Shown here: one piece after another, positions 39,466 through 52,189 of the stretch
How positions within the stretch are numbered: position 1 is the stretch's first letter
How the letters are laid out: each line of letters opens with the position of its first letter
Source of the DNA: Octopus vulgaris
Lineage: Eukaryota
Direction of reading: 5' to 3'
DNA length: 64,000 nt
Assembly (NCBI GenBank): GCA_951406725.2
Contig: OX597833.1
Location: 46,996,001 to 47,060,000 of the forward strand
Translations under genes and position numbers: made by a program
Notes under the pieces: model-generated
The model's input: the letters and a program-made list of their open reading frames with translations, nothing else
The model's database searches: none
What the model was told of the DNA's origin: nothing

Positions 39466-39745
39466 TAGAATATATTTTTTATATCGTGCTTTCACTTCAC
39501 TACCGAGCGCAGCTCTGTGTGCCTTGGGTGTGTGCTGTGATTTGTTGTGATGCTCTGATGGTTATTGTATGGAAAGTGTTCTGCGTAGGATGTGTGCAGT
39601 GCCTAGTAGTGCAATTTTCTGTATGTTATATGTGTTTGTAAGTCCTGGTGTTTTTGTTATGTATTTGTCTGAATATTTTTTTATCATGCCTAATGCACCT
39701 ATTATGATAGGAATTGTTTCTGCTTTTAGATTCCACATTCTGGTT
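39463..39745 (-). pseudogene. R4/Dong-like LINE, short 3' fragment
   Basis: MWNLKAETIPIIIGALGMIKK..IQKIALLGTAHILRRTL plus 3' UTR; (TAA)n on both sides. Confidence 0.8.
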
Positions 39746-39762
39746 TATCATTATTATTATTA

Positions 39763-39829
<67 letters not shown>

Positions 39830-39833
<4 letters not shown>

Positions 39834-40635
39834 TAGCCTTATTATTATCACTTGCTTTCACTGCACTACCGAACGCAGCTCTGTGTTGCTTGGGTATGTG
39901 CTTTGGTTTATTGTGATGCCCTTATTTTCACTGTATTTAAAGTGTTTTACGTAGGATGTGTGCAGTGTCTCGTAGTGCTATTTTCTGTCTGTTATACATA
40001 CTTGTTAGTCCTGGTGTTTTGTTATGTACTTGTCTGAAATTTTCTTTTTATCATACCTAATGCACCTACCATGATAGGAATTGTTTCTGTTTTTAGGCAC
40101 CACATTCGAGTTACCTCTATTTCCAGATCTTTGTATTTTGAAAGTTTCTCCATTTCTTTTAGAGAAACATTGTCAACTGATACATCGATTAGAAAGAATT
40201 TTTCTCTTGATAATCTCTGACAACTATATCCGGCATTTTGGCCTTAATTTCTCTATCTGTGTGTATTGGCATATCACAAAGTATGGTTGCTTTCTCATTT
40301 TCTGTGACCTTTTCTGGCGTGTGCTTATATCATCTTTTTTCAGTTGTTATTCCATAGTGTTGACATAGCTTCTAGTGTATATAGGTCCCAGCTCTGTCGT
40401 GTCTGTGAATATATTCCTTCTTAGCCAGGACTAGACAGCCAGAGACAATAAGATTTATGGTTTCTTCTCCATCACCACATATTCTGCAGTTTCTTGTATT
40501 TCTTTACATTATGCATTTTTTATGATTTCTGGTGGGAATGCTTTGATCTTGTGCTGCAGTTAAAAATCCTTCAGTCTCTGCTTTGAGTCCTGAGCTTCTT
40601 AGCCTTTGTTGGGGTTTTGCTTTGTCTATTTCTGG
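39830..40635 (-). pseudogene. R4/Dong-like RLE LINE 3' portion (zinc knuckle plus restriction-like endonuclease)
   Basis: LKAETEGFLTAAQDQ, CRICGDGEETINLIVSGC, HRHD, PDIVV..LIDVS, KYKDLEIEV; stops and frameshifts; 3' end abuts (TAA)n. Confidence 0.85.
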
Positions 40636-41944
40636 CACATTGGGAAAGTAGTGCCTTCTACCACAGCTTTGCGTTTGATCCATACCTATGAATGAAACTT
40701 GGTATGCGGAAACTGTAATGAAGCCTTGTATGTGTATTTCTGTAGTGTATATATCAGTCAATTTATGGAGCGTTATGCGACGGGTTGCTTCCTTTCAATG
40801 CGAATTTCTCTTACAGGCAGACCGCTGGAGCCCTCTGACAATTGTAAAAGCCGAGAGTTTTCACTGATAACTAAAATGTAACTCAGCCTTTATATATATT
40901 TTTATAATTGTTAGAGGGCTAACAATTATAATATAATATATATTATATATATATATATACGACTCTATGCCTTTCAGAAATGACGTGCTCTCATAGACAC
41001 ATTAAAAAAACTCACCTTCTTTATTATGCTTATTTAGACACATTATGACAAACAGGCAAATCATTTTATGCTCGCATCAATTGCTGTTTGAAATTATTGT
41101 CTGGAACTTTTCTTTCTTTTTGTCGGTTATTTTATATCAATTTTCTCATGAATATTTTTTTCTAAGTATAATGAACTAATTCTAGTGAATACGAACTCTA
41201 ATTCAGACATTATTTAATTGAATATTTTGTTACGAGCTGCAATGATTTTCTGGTTACGTTATCATGCATAATAAACAGAATTTTTTATGTATTTTCACGA
41301 CTCAGTAAGACAGTAATTTCAGTATTACATTCGTTTTGGTTACACATTATGTGTTACACTCAGTGTTGTAATTTTCATACTGTTAGAGTCTTTGAATTTC
41401 TTCTGCTGTTTGGACCCTTTGTGTTCAACACATTTTTTTAATAGCTGAAATACACTAAATGTGTTATATGAACTACTCTTCGTTATCTCCCTTACATCCT
41501 CTCACCCTAACAAGAAACCATCTTCCTTTATTTACGTTACATGACCTAGTTTAAGATTTACATCCCAAGGGTCATATAGACCCCAAGAGTCATATGGACT
41601 CCGGTTGAAAAACCAGTGTTTTAGACACTGCACCAACTCACCCAGGGAACTTAAATGCGCATTTTGATAATGTGTCCATATGACCCTAAGTGAGTCCAAA
41701 TCCAGGTAAAAAAAAGTCACGGAAATAAAGTCACCTGGGTTTTATCCAGCGGGATTTTGTCCGAAGGGGGTTTTGTTTCGGGGGAGGGGTTCCGGATCCC
41801 ATAAATTAATTGTGACTTTTTTCCTAACCAAAATTGTGACTTTATTCCTGTGGCTTTATTACCGGTTACCGTGAGTCCGTGTAAGATTTTGTTGTTAAAA
41901 TTTATGTACAATAAATTGGTTTTATTTCTACAGTACACAAAATA

Positions 41945-42345
41945 TTCGGCTGCCAGACATATGGCCTTCCAGAAGATACCCTCTCCAGCCAGAGTTTGAC
42001 CACTCTCGCCAGCGGCGGCACATAGCAGTCTCAATTGAGCCTTTGGCCCTGTTGAAAAGTGTGGGCGGCATGATGTCACTTTCACTGGAGACACATTCAA
42101 AGATCATCACAGTTTGGGCCAACCTGGTTTTCATAATGTCAATGTCACATCTTACAGTGTTTACAGAGCATTGAGCAACAATCATGATGCCGGCATTTTG
42201 ATACCCGGCGTGAATCATCATGATATCAAGATGACTTTCAGTCCTCCAGGTCAGATAACTTTTTTCTCAGCTATAATTTTAATCTTTAGGCCCTCCAACA
42301 CCGTTGACTATTCACCAATACATCATGTTGTTCCAGAAAAATAAA
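41945..42345 (-). pseudogene. Tc1/mariner transposase remnant related to 58688-59170
   Basis: VMIFECVSSESDIMPP and WLERVSSGRPYVWQ align with IMVFGVITSDGDIMPS and WVKKVAAGRPYVWQ. Confidence 0.65.
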
Positions 42346-42395
42346 CGGATCATTAAAAAATCGTCAAACTTAGCCCAAACAACTTGGTAGTCCGT

Positions 42396-42735
42396 TGGTC
42401 ACGACGACGAGGGTTCCTGTTGGTTCGATCAAAGGAACAGCCTGCTCGTGAAATTAACGTTCAAGTGGCTGAGCACTCCACAGACATGTGTACCCTTAAC
42501 GTAGTTCTGGGGGAGATTCAGTGTGACAAGGTTGGCCCCCTTTGAAATATAGGTACAAGAGAGAAAGTTGTAGTGGAAGAGTACAGGACGGTCCGTCACA
42601 ACCCCTTGCCGGAGCCTCATGGAGCTTTAGATGTTTTCGCTCAATAAACACTCACAACACCCGGTCTGGGAATCAAAACCACGATCCTACAACCGCGAGT
42701 TCGCTGCCCTAACCACTGGGCCATTGGGCCTCCAC
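42396..42735 (-). mobile_element. SINE family A, tail type 1 (diverged)
   Basis: match to 27246-27633. Confidence 0.85.
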
Positions 42736-42787
42736 CAGTCCAAACAACCATATATGTGTGTGTATGTGTGTATATATATATATATAT

Positions 42788-43178
42788 AAAATAGTAAAAA
42801 GTGAAAAAACTACAGAAGGCTTGTTTTAAAAGGTTAAAAAATATATATTTGAGTCATTATGTCTGAAGAATGTTATAAATTTTTTTCATATAATGACATA
42901 ATTTTTGAAGAAATGACCGGTTTCGCGTTCAGCTTTTCAAATTTCTTACATCGTTATGTAAGAAATTTGACGATGTAAGAAATTTTGAAAAGCTGAACGC
43001 GAAACCGGTCATTTCTTCAAAAACTATGTCATTGTATGGAAAAAATTTATAACATTCTTCAGACATAATGACTCAAATATATATTTTTTAACCTTTTAAA
43101 ACAAGCCTTCTGTAGTTTTTTCACTTTTTACTATTTTCTATATATTCAACCACGTGCTTTCACACACCAACTTTCTCA

Positions 43179-43180
<2 letters not shown>
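42788..43180. mobile_element. (TA)n-embedded fold-back element with U3-A8 hammerheads in both arms
   Basis: about 165-bp arms 42788-42953/42970-43137; HHRs at 42908-42947(-) and 42977-43017(+). Confidence 0.8.
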
Positions 43181-43244
<64 letters not shown>

Positions 43245-44129
43245 CAGGCAAAATCAAAATCATCAATGTCCCCATTGCAACTTCATAGCAAAATCCATAC
43301 CTAGGCTCAAATCACATTCATGCATCCATCGTATTATGCTGTTTCTGTTCTTTTCTTTTTGAAAATTGTTTCTCTTTTTTCCCCCTTTTTTTTTTCTTTA
43401 AATCCTCTCTTTCAAACACTCATATGTCGAAATCGACGAGAGAGACCATCATATGTGTGCGTGTGCGTGTGTGTGAAACCATAGCAACAAGTTCACTTTA
43501 CAATTCTTAGATAATGACGGAAAAGAAATAAGTCAAATGAATTCAGAGCTTCAGTCCGTTTTAATAAGTTGTCCAATATAATTTTTTTTTTCCGGTATGT
43601 ATAAACAATAGACTGAGGGCATTTACACAGTGAATTTAAGTCAACAAAATACATGACTTCTTCATCTGAAATAACGAAGTAAAACTTGATATGAAAAAAT
43701 TGCAATGAATATGTATGAAGTAAATTATTCATGAAAACAATTAGAAGTGGGAAAACAATTAGAGAGAGAGAAAGAGAGAGTGTGTGGGTGGGTGTGGGGT
43801 GTATGTGTGTTTGTGTGTGTGTTTGTGCGTGGGTGTGTGTGAGAGAGAGAGAGTGTTGCAAATGAAAACGAAAAATTTCGCCTGAACATATTAATATTGT
43901 TTATCAAATGTTAAAATCTACTGTGAACGTAAAGCTTGACAACGAATATTTAAATTTGTGATATTAAATAATAACAGACTCTTCGAAACTGCCTTTTATC
44001 AATATATATTAACAGAGGAATTTATAAAAATTTTCCAGAGAGTCAAACCTATAAAAGCTTATTCAAAATTATCTTGTACCTAGTATTTAAATTTGTAAAC
44101 TTGAAATATTCAATAATAAAAGGAAGTTG

Positions 44130-44545
44130 GGATATTTTCGGTTTGAACGGCAGTTTTTAACATAATTTCTAGGTAACTAAAAAATGTTAAACTTCGTATA
44201 CTGGTAGAATGTGTTTATAAAACATCTTTTTCTCTTGGCTTTATTGAGAAAATTCTATGATTTGTAAGATATTTGTTGTTTTTTGTCTTCAATTTCTGCA
44301 ATTTCAACCAATCAATGACCGTCTATTGAGGTGAAAACATTCTGTGCCGTATGAATATGTCCCTCGTTTAAGAAACAGATTGGGTTTATTTACATTTGTG
44401 AAAAAAAAAAGATACCCTTCCCCCACCCCTAACCCTAACCCTAAATTAGATTGAAATGCAATAGATTGATACTAGGGTCAAAATTATGGGTGACAATTTC
44501 ATATGATACCGCTAGAAAAAACTGCCGTTCAAACCGAAAAGATCT
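44130..44545. mobile_element. Merlin-type MITE, second copy in opposite orientation
   Basis: same TIRs as 16404-16839; TSD GGAAGTTG/GGAAGTTC. Confidence 0.8.
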
Positions 44546-44813
44546 GGAAGTTCAGAAAGTAGATTTTTCTGAAAACTTCAATTTATAAAAAACTTCACTT
44601 GCTTAGTAAATATTTCTTTCATATCGTAGTTGTAATATATCTAATTTAAACAAGCTTCAAAGTAACCCAACTCTGTTTAGCGTGCTACAAGTAGCAGCGA
44701 TCACATAGTTATTATTGTAAGGCTTATAGCGTTCCAAACAGCCATACCAACAAAATCACTTAATTTTTTTTTAATTATACCGGTATACTAGAAATTTTTC
44801 ATTTTATCAAAAA

Positions 44814-45121
44814 CTAGCAGTATCGCCCGGCGTTGCTCGGGTTTGTAAGGGAAAATAACTATATTAGCATTTTTAGAGAGTTACTTCCCTTATATAAGCC
44901 GAGCAAAAATCATTAAAAATGCGGAAAAATGATGGTAAATTTTTTTTTAAATCGTAGACTCATCATAGACGCGCGCTAATACCCAGAAAGGCTCGATATG
45001 AATGACGACTATAAAATACCCGCTTTTGGTTAAACTGCACCGCAAAATGTGGGAGTAGTTAGGAATCTAAATCGGAGGAGACAGAGTCTCACACACACAA
45101 CTTCAATTTTATATATAAAGA
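44814..45121 (-). mobile_element. non-autonomous Helitron
   Basis: minus strand A|TC start, CCCGAGCAACGCCGGG hairpin, CTAG|T end. Confidence 0.8.
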
Positions 45122-45843
45122 TATTCATTTAACAAACTCCGGAAACTGATGTTCTTGAAATTGTGCCTCGTATCTAAGCCTCAAAGTTATACAGCTATTT
45201 TGTCTAATAGCATTCATTCATTCAATAAATAATGTATATAGAATAAACTGTGGGTTTTGCAAATAGCGAATTAAAACTTGAAATGAAAACATTAAAATGA
45301 ATATATATTAAATTATCATTAATTAAAATAGAGGTGAGAAAGAGCGAGAGACTGTTGCAAATGGGAAACATTGTTTATTAATCATAAAAATCTACTCCGC
45401 AGTGAATGAAACGAATATTTAAATTTGTAAAAAAAAACTTGTTCAAATATTCAATAAACTTCAGAAATCGAAATTACAGGAAATTTCTTGGAACATGAAT
45501 TCATATAAAAAATTTCCAGACGCTCAAGCCTTTAATAATTGCTTTATTTAGTGACTGTTACATACCTAATTAATAAGCAGCTTTCTCCATTATAATATAG
45601 ATGTAGTATACTGCCCCTTAACACTTTCTTCAGTGACATGACTTAGGTTTGGATATCAAACGCTATATTCTTTTGCCCCTGGCATTTGAAGTATATAAAC
45701 TATGTGACACAATTAGAACGATGTAGAACGACATTGAATATTATAAACTATTCATCTATTATTATCTCTTTTTAAGTCTATTTAACCAAAACAGAGATAA
45801 TGTAATAAATACGCTTCTCAACAAGAAACAACTAGCATTGTCA

Positions 45844-45925
<82 letters not shown>

Positions 45926-45929
<4 letters not shown>

Positions 45930-46222
45930 CGTGACCGACCAGGCTATCAGATGTTGCTACACATCGCTGGTCACAATGCGCTTCGCAAATGCTTTAGCCT
46001 TCAAATGCCGCCACCCCGCTGGCTAAGCGAGCAGGCCAACAAGAGTAAGAGAAAGTTGTGGTGAAAGAGTACAGCAGGAATCGCCACCACCACCTGCCGG
46101 AGCTTCGTGGAACTTTGGGTCTTTTCGCTCAATAAACACTCACAACGCCCGGTCTGGGAATCGAAACCGTGATCCTACAACCGCGAGTTCGCTGCCCTAA
46201 CCACTGGGCCATTGCGCCTCCA
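45926..46222 (-). mobile_element. SINE family A, tail type 3
   Basis: family A head; different tail, also seen at 7474-7590. Confidence 0.85.
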
Positions 46223-46231
46223 CACACACAT

Positions 46232-46266
<35 letters not shown>

Positions 46267-46507
46267 AACCTTCCCGTTATATATATATATATATATATAT
46301 ATAGTTTGAGAATGCTAGTTGTTTCTTGTTGAGAAGCGTATTTATTACATTATCTCTGTTTTGGTAAAATAGACTTAAAAAGAGATAATAATAGATGAAT
46401 AGTTTATAATATTCAATGTCGTTCTACATCGTTCTAATTGTGTCACATAGTTTACATATTTCCCGTTATATATATATATAAACCTTATATATATATAAAC
46501 CTTCCCG

Positions 46508-46540
<33 letters not shown>

Positions 46541-46545
<5 letters not shown>

Positions 46546-46945
46546 TCAATATAGGGTGGCAAAAAAATTTTGTAGAATCTTATTGCCACCAGCGGCCTAG
46601 TGGGAAAAAATTAAATAGTCATAAACCATTTTTAAGTTCAACATCACAATCAAGGAACGGCCATAATAGGCCATTCACCCACTAGAAATAACAGCCAAAA
46701 GCTTCAACCGCAAAATAACATCAATTCCGTAAACCAGGAGAAAATTAAAAAAACATTTACCCTGTAATTTCTTATACGACGCACCGTTTCGTCTACGTTT
46801 CGTAGACGAAACGGTGCATCGTATAAGAAATTACAGGGTAAATGTTTTTTTAATTTTCTCCTGGTTTACGGAATTGATGTTATTTTGCGGTTGAAGCTTT
46901 TGGCTGTTATTTCTAGTGGGTGAATGGCCTATTATGGCCGTTGTG
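46541..46945. mobile_element. (TA)n-embedded fold-back element, same family as 9465-9807
   Basis: 142-bp arms 46656-46797/46801-46942; centre holds the 3' half of an HHR (GAAA-CGGTGCATCG-TA). Confidence 0.8.
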
Positions 46946-46954
46946 ATATATATA

Positions 46955-47018
<64 letters not shown>

Positions 47019-47400
47019 GTAACGTCTGGGCAGTTTTAACCTCACTAAGGAAGTGTGCCTTAAAAAACATTTCACTAACCAAAAGATAATATCTTATTTT
47101 TCCTTTCCTATCTTTCTGTCTGTCTTTTCTTACTTGTAAATTTTATGCAACGGTCACGTCTTAAATCAATGTGACCCAATTTAATTATCTGATAAACAAT
47201 TAAATGCCAGCGATGAGCATAAAATGTCTGAGACTACCATACATTTCCTCTTTTTATCTTCCTTTCCGTCTCTCGTCCAGTGTACATAACGTGTTACCGA
47301 TATTTTGACATCCGCCCAGATTTTATGCAATAGCCTGAGCGTTAATCAATCTGACCCAATGTAATTAATTATTTGATAAGTTTTTCAACTACTGCTTTCT

Positions 47401-47454
<54 letters not shown>

Positions 47455-49060
47455 TTCTCTCATATTCCTTCAATAAGAGTACACCGGAAGGCCGATTCGA
47501 TAGGGTTCTTGAATACTAAGAGATAAGCGGGGAATATCGTATCAACGCCATGGCATTCGTGTTCTTAACCAAAGCGTGTCACTTGCAAATGATCGATTCT
47601 TCATGGCTTTAAATAGGTATCACAAGGCAAGGAAAATTTGTACTGCTCTTTCCACTTCGGAGAAAGAAGGGTTCCACTAATATGAATTGTTCTTTACAAA
47701 TAGACAGATAAAAGATAATTGATAATTAGGCTGATTTTTTTTCACATTGCTGCAATTACGTATGGCCGCGTTGATTCTTCATCCAATATAAGTTATGACA
47801 ATTTTATTAACAATGAAGAGAGGATAGAAAATGAGGAGTTAGGGACGTTTGTGTGCATGGATGTGAGGGGGAACTAATCCACATAGTATACATACAGTCT
47901 TATTAAGTGAGAATCCTCGGACAACAGGGATAGAAATTGTCCAAATAAATGTATATAGTTTTTGAGAAAACCAATACTTTGTAGAAAGCTCACGCTGTTT
48001 CAAACTACAAAACCTTTCAATATCGGTCCATATCGTTAATATTATTACAGGTGAGCGTGTACATAAATGTTTTCAAAATTCCATATAGATCAATGTGTAT
48101 AGACAAAGTGAAGGGGAAATAGGCCACATTTTTTAGTGTATGGATATACTAGGTTTTTTTTTTTTCACTGGTTGAGATAACACTAATTTGATTGATAAAA
48201 AACGACTCCAGCCAGGTTCTTATTCTGAATCCACGCAAGCGATATATATTTCACAAAATATTTAAAAATTGAAATAATATAAATAAAATTTGTTAATAAA
48301 ATTGAGCCGGTAGAGGACTGTACTTTGTCGCGGACTGAGTACGACTCATTTTGTCTTACGCTTTATTAATTTGTTTTAATTAAAAGTAACTGAATAACGA
48401 CGTTTTTCAGATTCGATATTTCCCTGTCTGTAGACATGTTATTAGATATTTGCAGAATACTTCTGGCAGATATGTGGCGTGATTATGACAAAGACTTCCT
48501 GACAGTTTATATATATCATTTATTGCTCGGTTATTACAAAGTTTCACGCAATTCAGACAGAGTCGATCTTATATGAACATCGTGTTTTACAGGTAGCAGG
48601 GATCTTCAAAAGATAATTGATAATTAGACTGATTTTTTTCACATTGCTGCAATTACATATGGCCGCGTTGATTCTTCATCCACCTCCGGGTTGAGTGTAG
48701 AGCTGCAAAAAACAGCTATATGGCGAATCGCTCTGGTTTGAGTATGGAGCTGTGAAAACAGCTATGAAAGAGAAGGAGTCTCCCAGATCCATAAGCAATG
48801 GGCTCCTAATTCCTACTGCTTCTTCGCGCTGAAAGCCCCTGTATTTAAGGCCTTCGTTGATAGAAGGTGTTAGTTATTATCAAGTTGGAATGGGATCTGC
48901 ACGCATGATAAAATCGCGATTCACATTTGATCGAAACTGGAGTTCAAGACAACTGTAAAAAATATTTTATGATGACCGTATTTGATATAGATACACACAC
49001 ACTCACACACACACACACACACATACACACACACACACACATATACATATATATATATAT

Positions 49061-49123
<63 letters not shown>

Positions 49124-49738
49124 CAGTAAGAATTAAATACAAAAGGAGATTAATATGGTTTGCAACATAAATGTTCTTCACAATGCGTTGTCTATTCAAA
49201 CTTAATCCGAAAGAAAGAAAATAATTCTTCTCAATCGAAAAAGTAAATTTTATCGCCTGTATTGAAATTTGTTTTCGCTAATTTATACGCCCATTGAAAC
49301 CTTACTTATCCGTCTCCATTTTCCATACGACTGAATAAGGCTTCTATATCGCATTAATTTATATATATATATGCTAAAAGATGGAAACATCTATGGAGGC
49401 GATTCGATATACTTTATATGAAAACGATTTTCTCAAGTGCATTTGTCTCGTAAAAACTTTATTATGTATAATCCCATTCACATCTAGAATCTTTACAGAA
49501 GGAATATATTTGGCTTATATTTATATATTTATATATTTATTTCATATCGCAATTTGTAAAATATAGAGTCGTTGGTTATAAGTTTCCAACGAATTCGTCA
49601 CTGGTTCATTATCTTTCTGGCGACGATAGTTAAAAGGAGCGTCTAACACGATGGAGAGCAAATACCTTAAGGGTTCTTCTTCATAAAGCATCGGCTTTTA
49701 TTTATTTATTTTTTACACATACACGCTTCTGCCTACTC

Positions 49739-50259
49739 CGGTGGTTCTGAACCATTTTTTTTACCTATGGATTCCTTTTATTACTAGTTTACTGTGGTGA
49801 ACCCACACAGCCTTCAATGTTTAAAAACTAGATACCGTAAATCCTCGAGTATAGTCCGCCCTTGTGTATAATACGCAGGGGATTTTTAGGGGGCTGTACC
49901 TCTGAAAAACCTAAACCTTGTGTATAATATGCACCCCTTCTCTAACTGAAAATGAACTTTCTTATCTTCCATTTTAAAGGGTTACAGAATTACCACAGGT
50001 TATAGGAACATAAACCTTTTCCCACGAAAAGATAGCTTAAACTGTACTCTAAATGGAGACGTAGTCAAATCCTATTTTATAGACTCAACCGTGTTCTAAA
50101 ATAAGTCGAAAGGTAAGCTACTATAAATCGGCACGAACTTTCCGGACAACCCAATACAATACACAAAATATTTTTTAAACATCGGATGACTATGGATGTC
50201 TACCAGAGTAAAATAGGAATCAAAGGGGTCCATAGGTAAAAAATGGTTGGGAACCATTG
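49739..50259. mobile_element. hAT-like MITE with nested Tc1/mariner end fragments
   Basis: imperfect TIRs C.GTGGTTC..AACCATTTTTT.ACCTATGGA; internal mariner-like TIR (AAATCGGCACGAACTTTCCGGACAACCCAATA, about 50125-50156); TSD not clean. Confidence 0.55.
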
Positions 50260-50564
50260 CTCTAACCCCTATCCCAAAGATAGTTTCGGTTGATTGTTAG
50301 GGGAACATTTACAAATAATATCGTCTACTGGATGGGTGTAAAAAACTGGATAAATCTGATTGGTTAAAATTATAAAACATTAAAATTGTTAAAGGATTAT
50401 TACTTTTTTTAAAATTATTAATGTCTTCAAAAGTGGTGGGGATTTTCATAATTCGCATGAAAAATTACATCCGTGTTGAAATATTCAGCAGAATCGGAAG
50501 AGATGTGTCAAATGTAAAGATACTAGTTTTCTGCAAGCTCGCTGATTTTTTTGAGAATATAAAT

Positions 50565-51327
50565 AATGGTTTCAAATTTTGACTTAAGGCCAACAATTTC
50601 ATGGGAAGAGGGTTAGGCGATTATATAGATCCCACTGCTCTACTGGTATTTATTTTATCAACCTTGAAAGGACGAAAGGTAAAGTCGACCTCAACGGAAT
50701 TTGAACTCAAAAAAGATGGATGAAATACCTATTTCTTTACTACCCACAGAGGGGACAAACAAGGACAGACAAACGGATTAAGTCGATTACATCGACCCAG
50801 TGCATAACTGGTACTTAATTTATCGACCCCGAAAGGATGAAAGGCAAAGTCGACCTCAACGGAATTTGAACTCAAAAAAGATGGATGAAATACCTATTTC
50901 TTTACTACCCACAGAGGGGACAAACAAGGACAGACAAACGGATTAAGTCGATTACATCGACTCCAGTGCGTAACTGGTACTTATTTAATCGACCCCAAAA
51001 GGATGAAAGGCAAAGTCGACCTCGGCGGAATTTGAACTCAGGACGTAAGGGCAGACGAAATATGGCTACGCATTTCGCCCGGCGTGCTAACGTTTCTTAT
51101 TTCTTTATTGCCCACAAAGGGCTAAACACAGAGGAGACAAACAAAAGCAGACAAACGGATTAAGTCGATTATATCGGCCCCAGTGCGTAACTGGTACTTA
51201 ATTTATCGATCCCGAAAGGATGAAAGGCAAAGTCGACCTCGGCGGAATTTGAACTGAGCGTAGTGGCAGACGAAATACTGCTAAGCATTTCGCCCGGCGT
51301 GCTAACGTTTCTGCCGACTCGCCGCCT
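50565..51327 (-). mobile_element. SINE family C multimer cluster
   Basis: four body units, two head segments. Confidence 0.85.
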
Positions 51328-51954
51328 TTGAGACTATGAATTGGTTTGTTTATTGAATGGGGGGTGGGGAGGGTTCAAAAATAAAACCCAACCACTGGGG
51401 AATTTGAACATGGAACATAGAAGGTAAGTAGATACAGTGAAGCATTGGTTCTAACGAATTACTAGCATACGAGCTCGATAAATTTAAATAATTGAGACAA
51501 CACTCGTTTCAAGGCGAAATATATGATGATAAACAACGCTTGGCTAAACCGAAGAAAAGCAAGGTCAACGCCTCGAAATCAATAAAGAAATAATGTTTAT
51601 CCTTTTGAAATGGATTGGTGAATCAGAGTAATATATATGTTTCGGTCTAATTAGACTTCTCCAGTGAGTGAAGTGCCGTATAATCATTCACACGTCTGTT
51701 AGATCAAGGAAATCAAAAGAATATTTATAACGCTCTGCTTTTACTGTTAACCTAGCACCTTCATTAATGTAAAAGCAGACGAGTCAACGAGAGAGTTCGA
51801 ATGAGTTTTTACGTAACCATTTGGTTTGCTAGAAAGAGGAGCCAAATTTCCTTCAAATCATACCCTACCACAGTGATTTCCCACCCTTTTTACTTTTGAA
51901 GAACTATCGAAATACATCCCGTGACCTAGGGAACACCTACATAAAAACATATAT

Positions 51955-52189
51955 CTTATTTCTTTATTGCCCGCGAGGGGCTAAACATAGAGAGGACAAA
52001 CAAGGAGAGACAAACGGATTAAGTCGATTATATCGACACCAGTGCGTAACTGGTACTTATTTAATCGACCCCCAAAGGATGAAAGGCAAAGTCGACCTCG
52101 GCGGAATTTGAACTCAGAACGTAGAGACAAGCGAAATACTGCTCAGCATTTCGCCCGGCGTGCTAACGTTTCTGCCAGCTCGCCGCCTT
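51955..52189 (-). mobile_element. SINE family C monomer
   Basis: TSD-like AACATATATCTT. Confidence 0.9.

Noticed and set aside
51625-51670. Minus-strand CTGGAGA-AGTCTAATTAGACC-GAAA HHR-like motif
   Set aside because: Core mismatch and no convincing stem I; single copy
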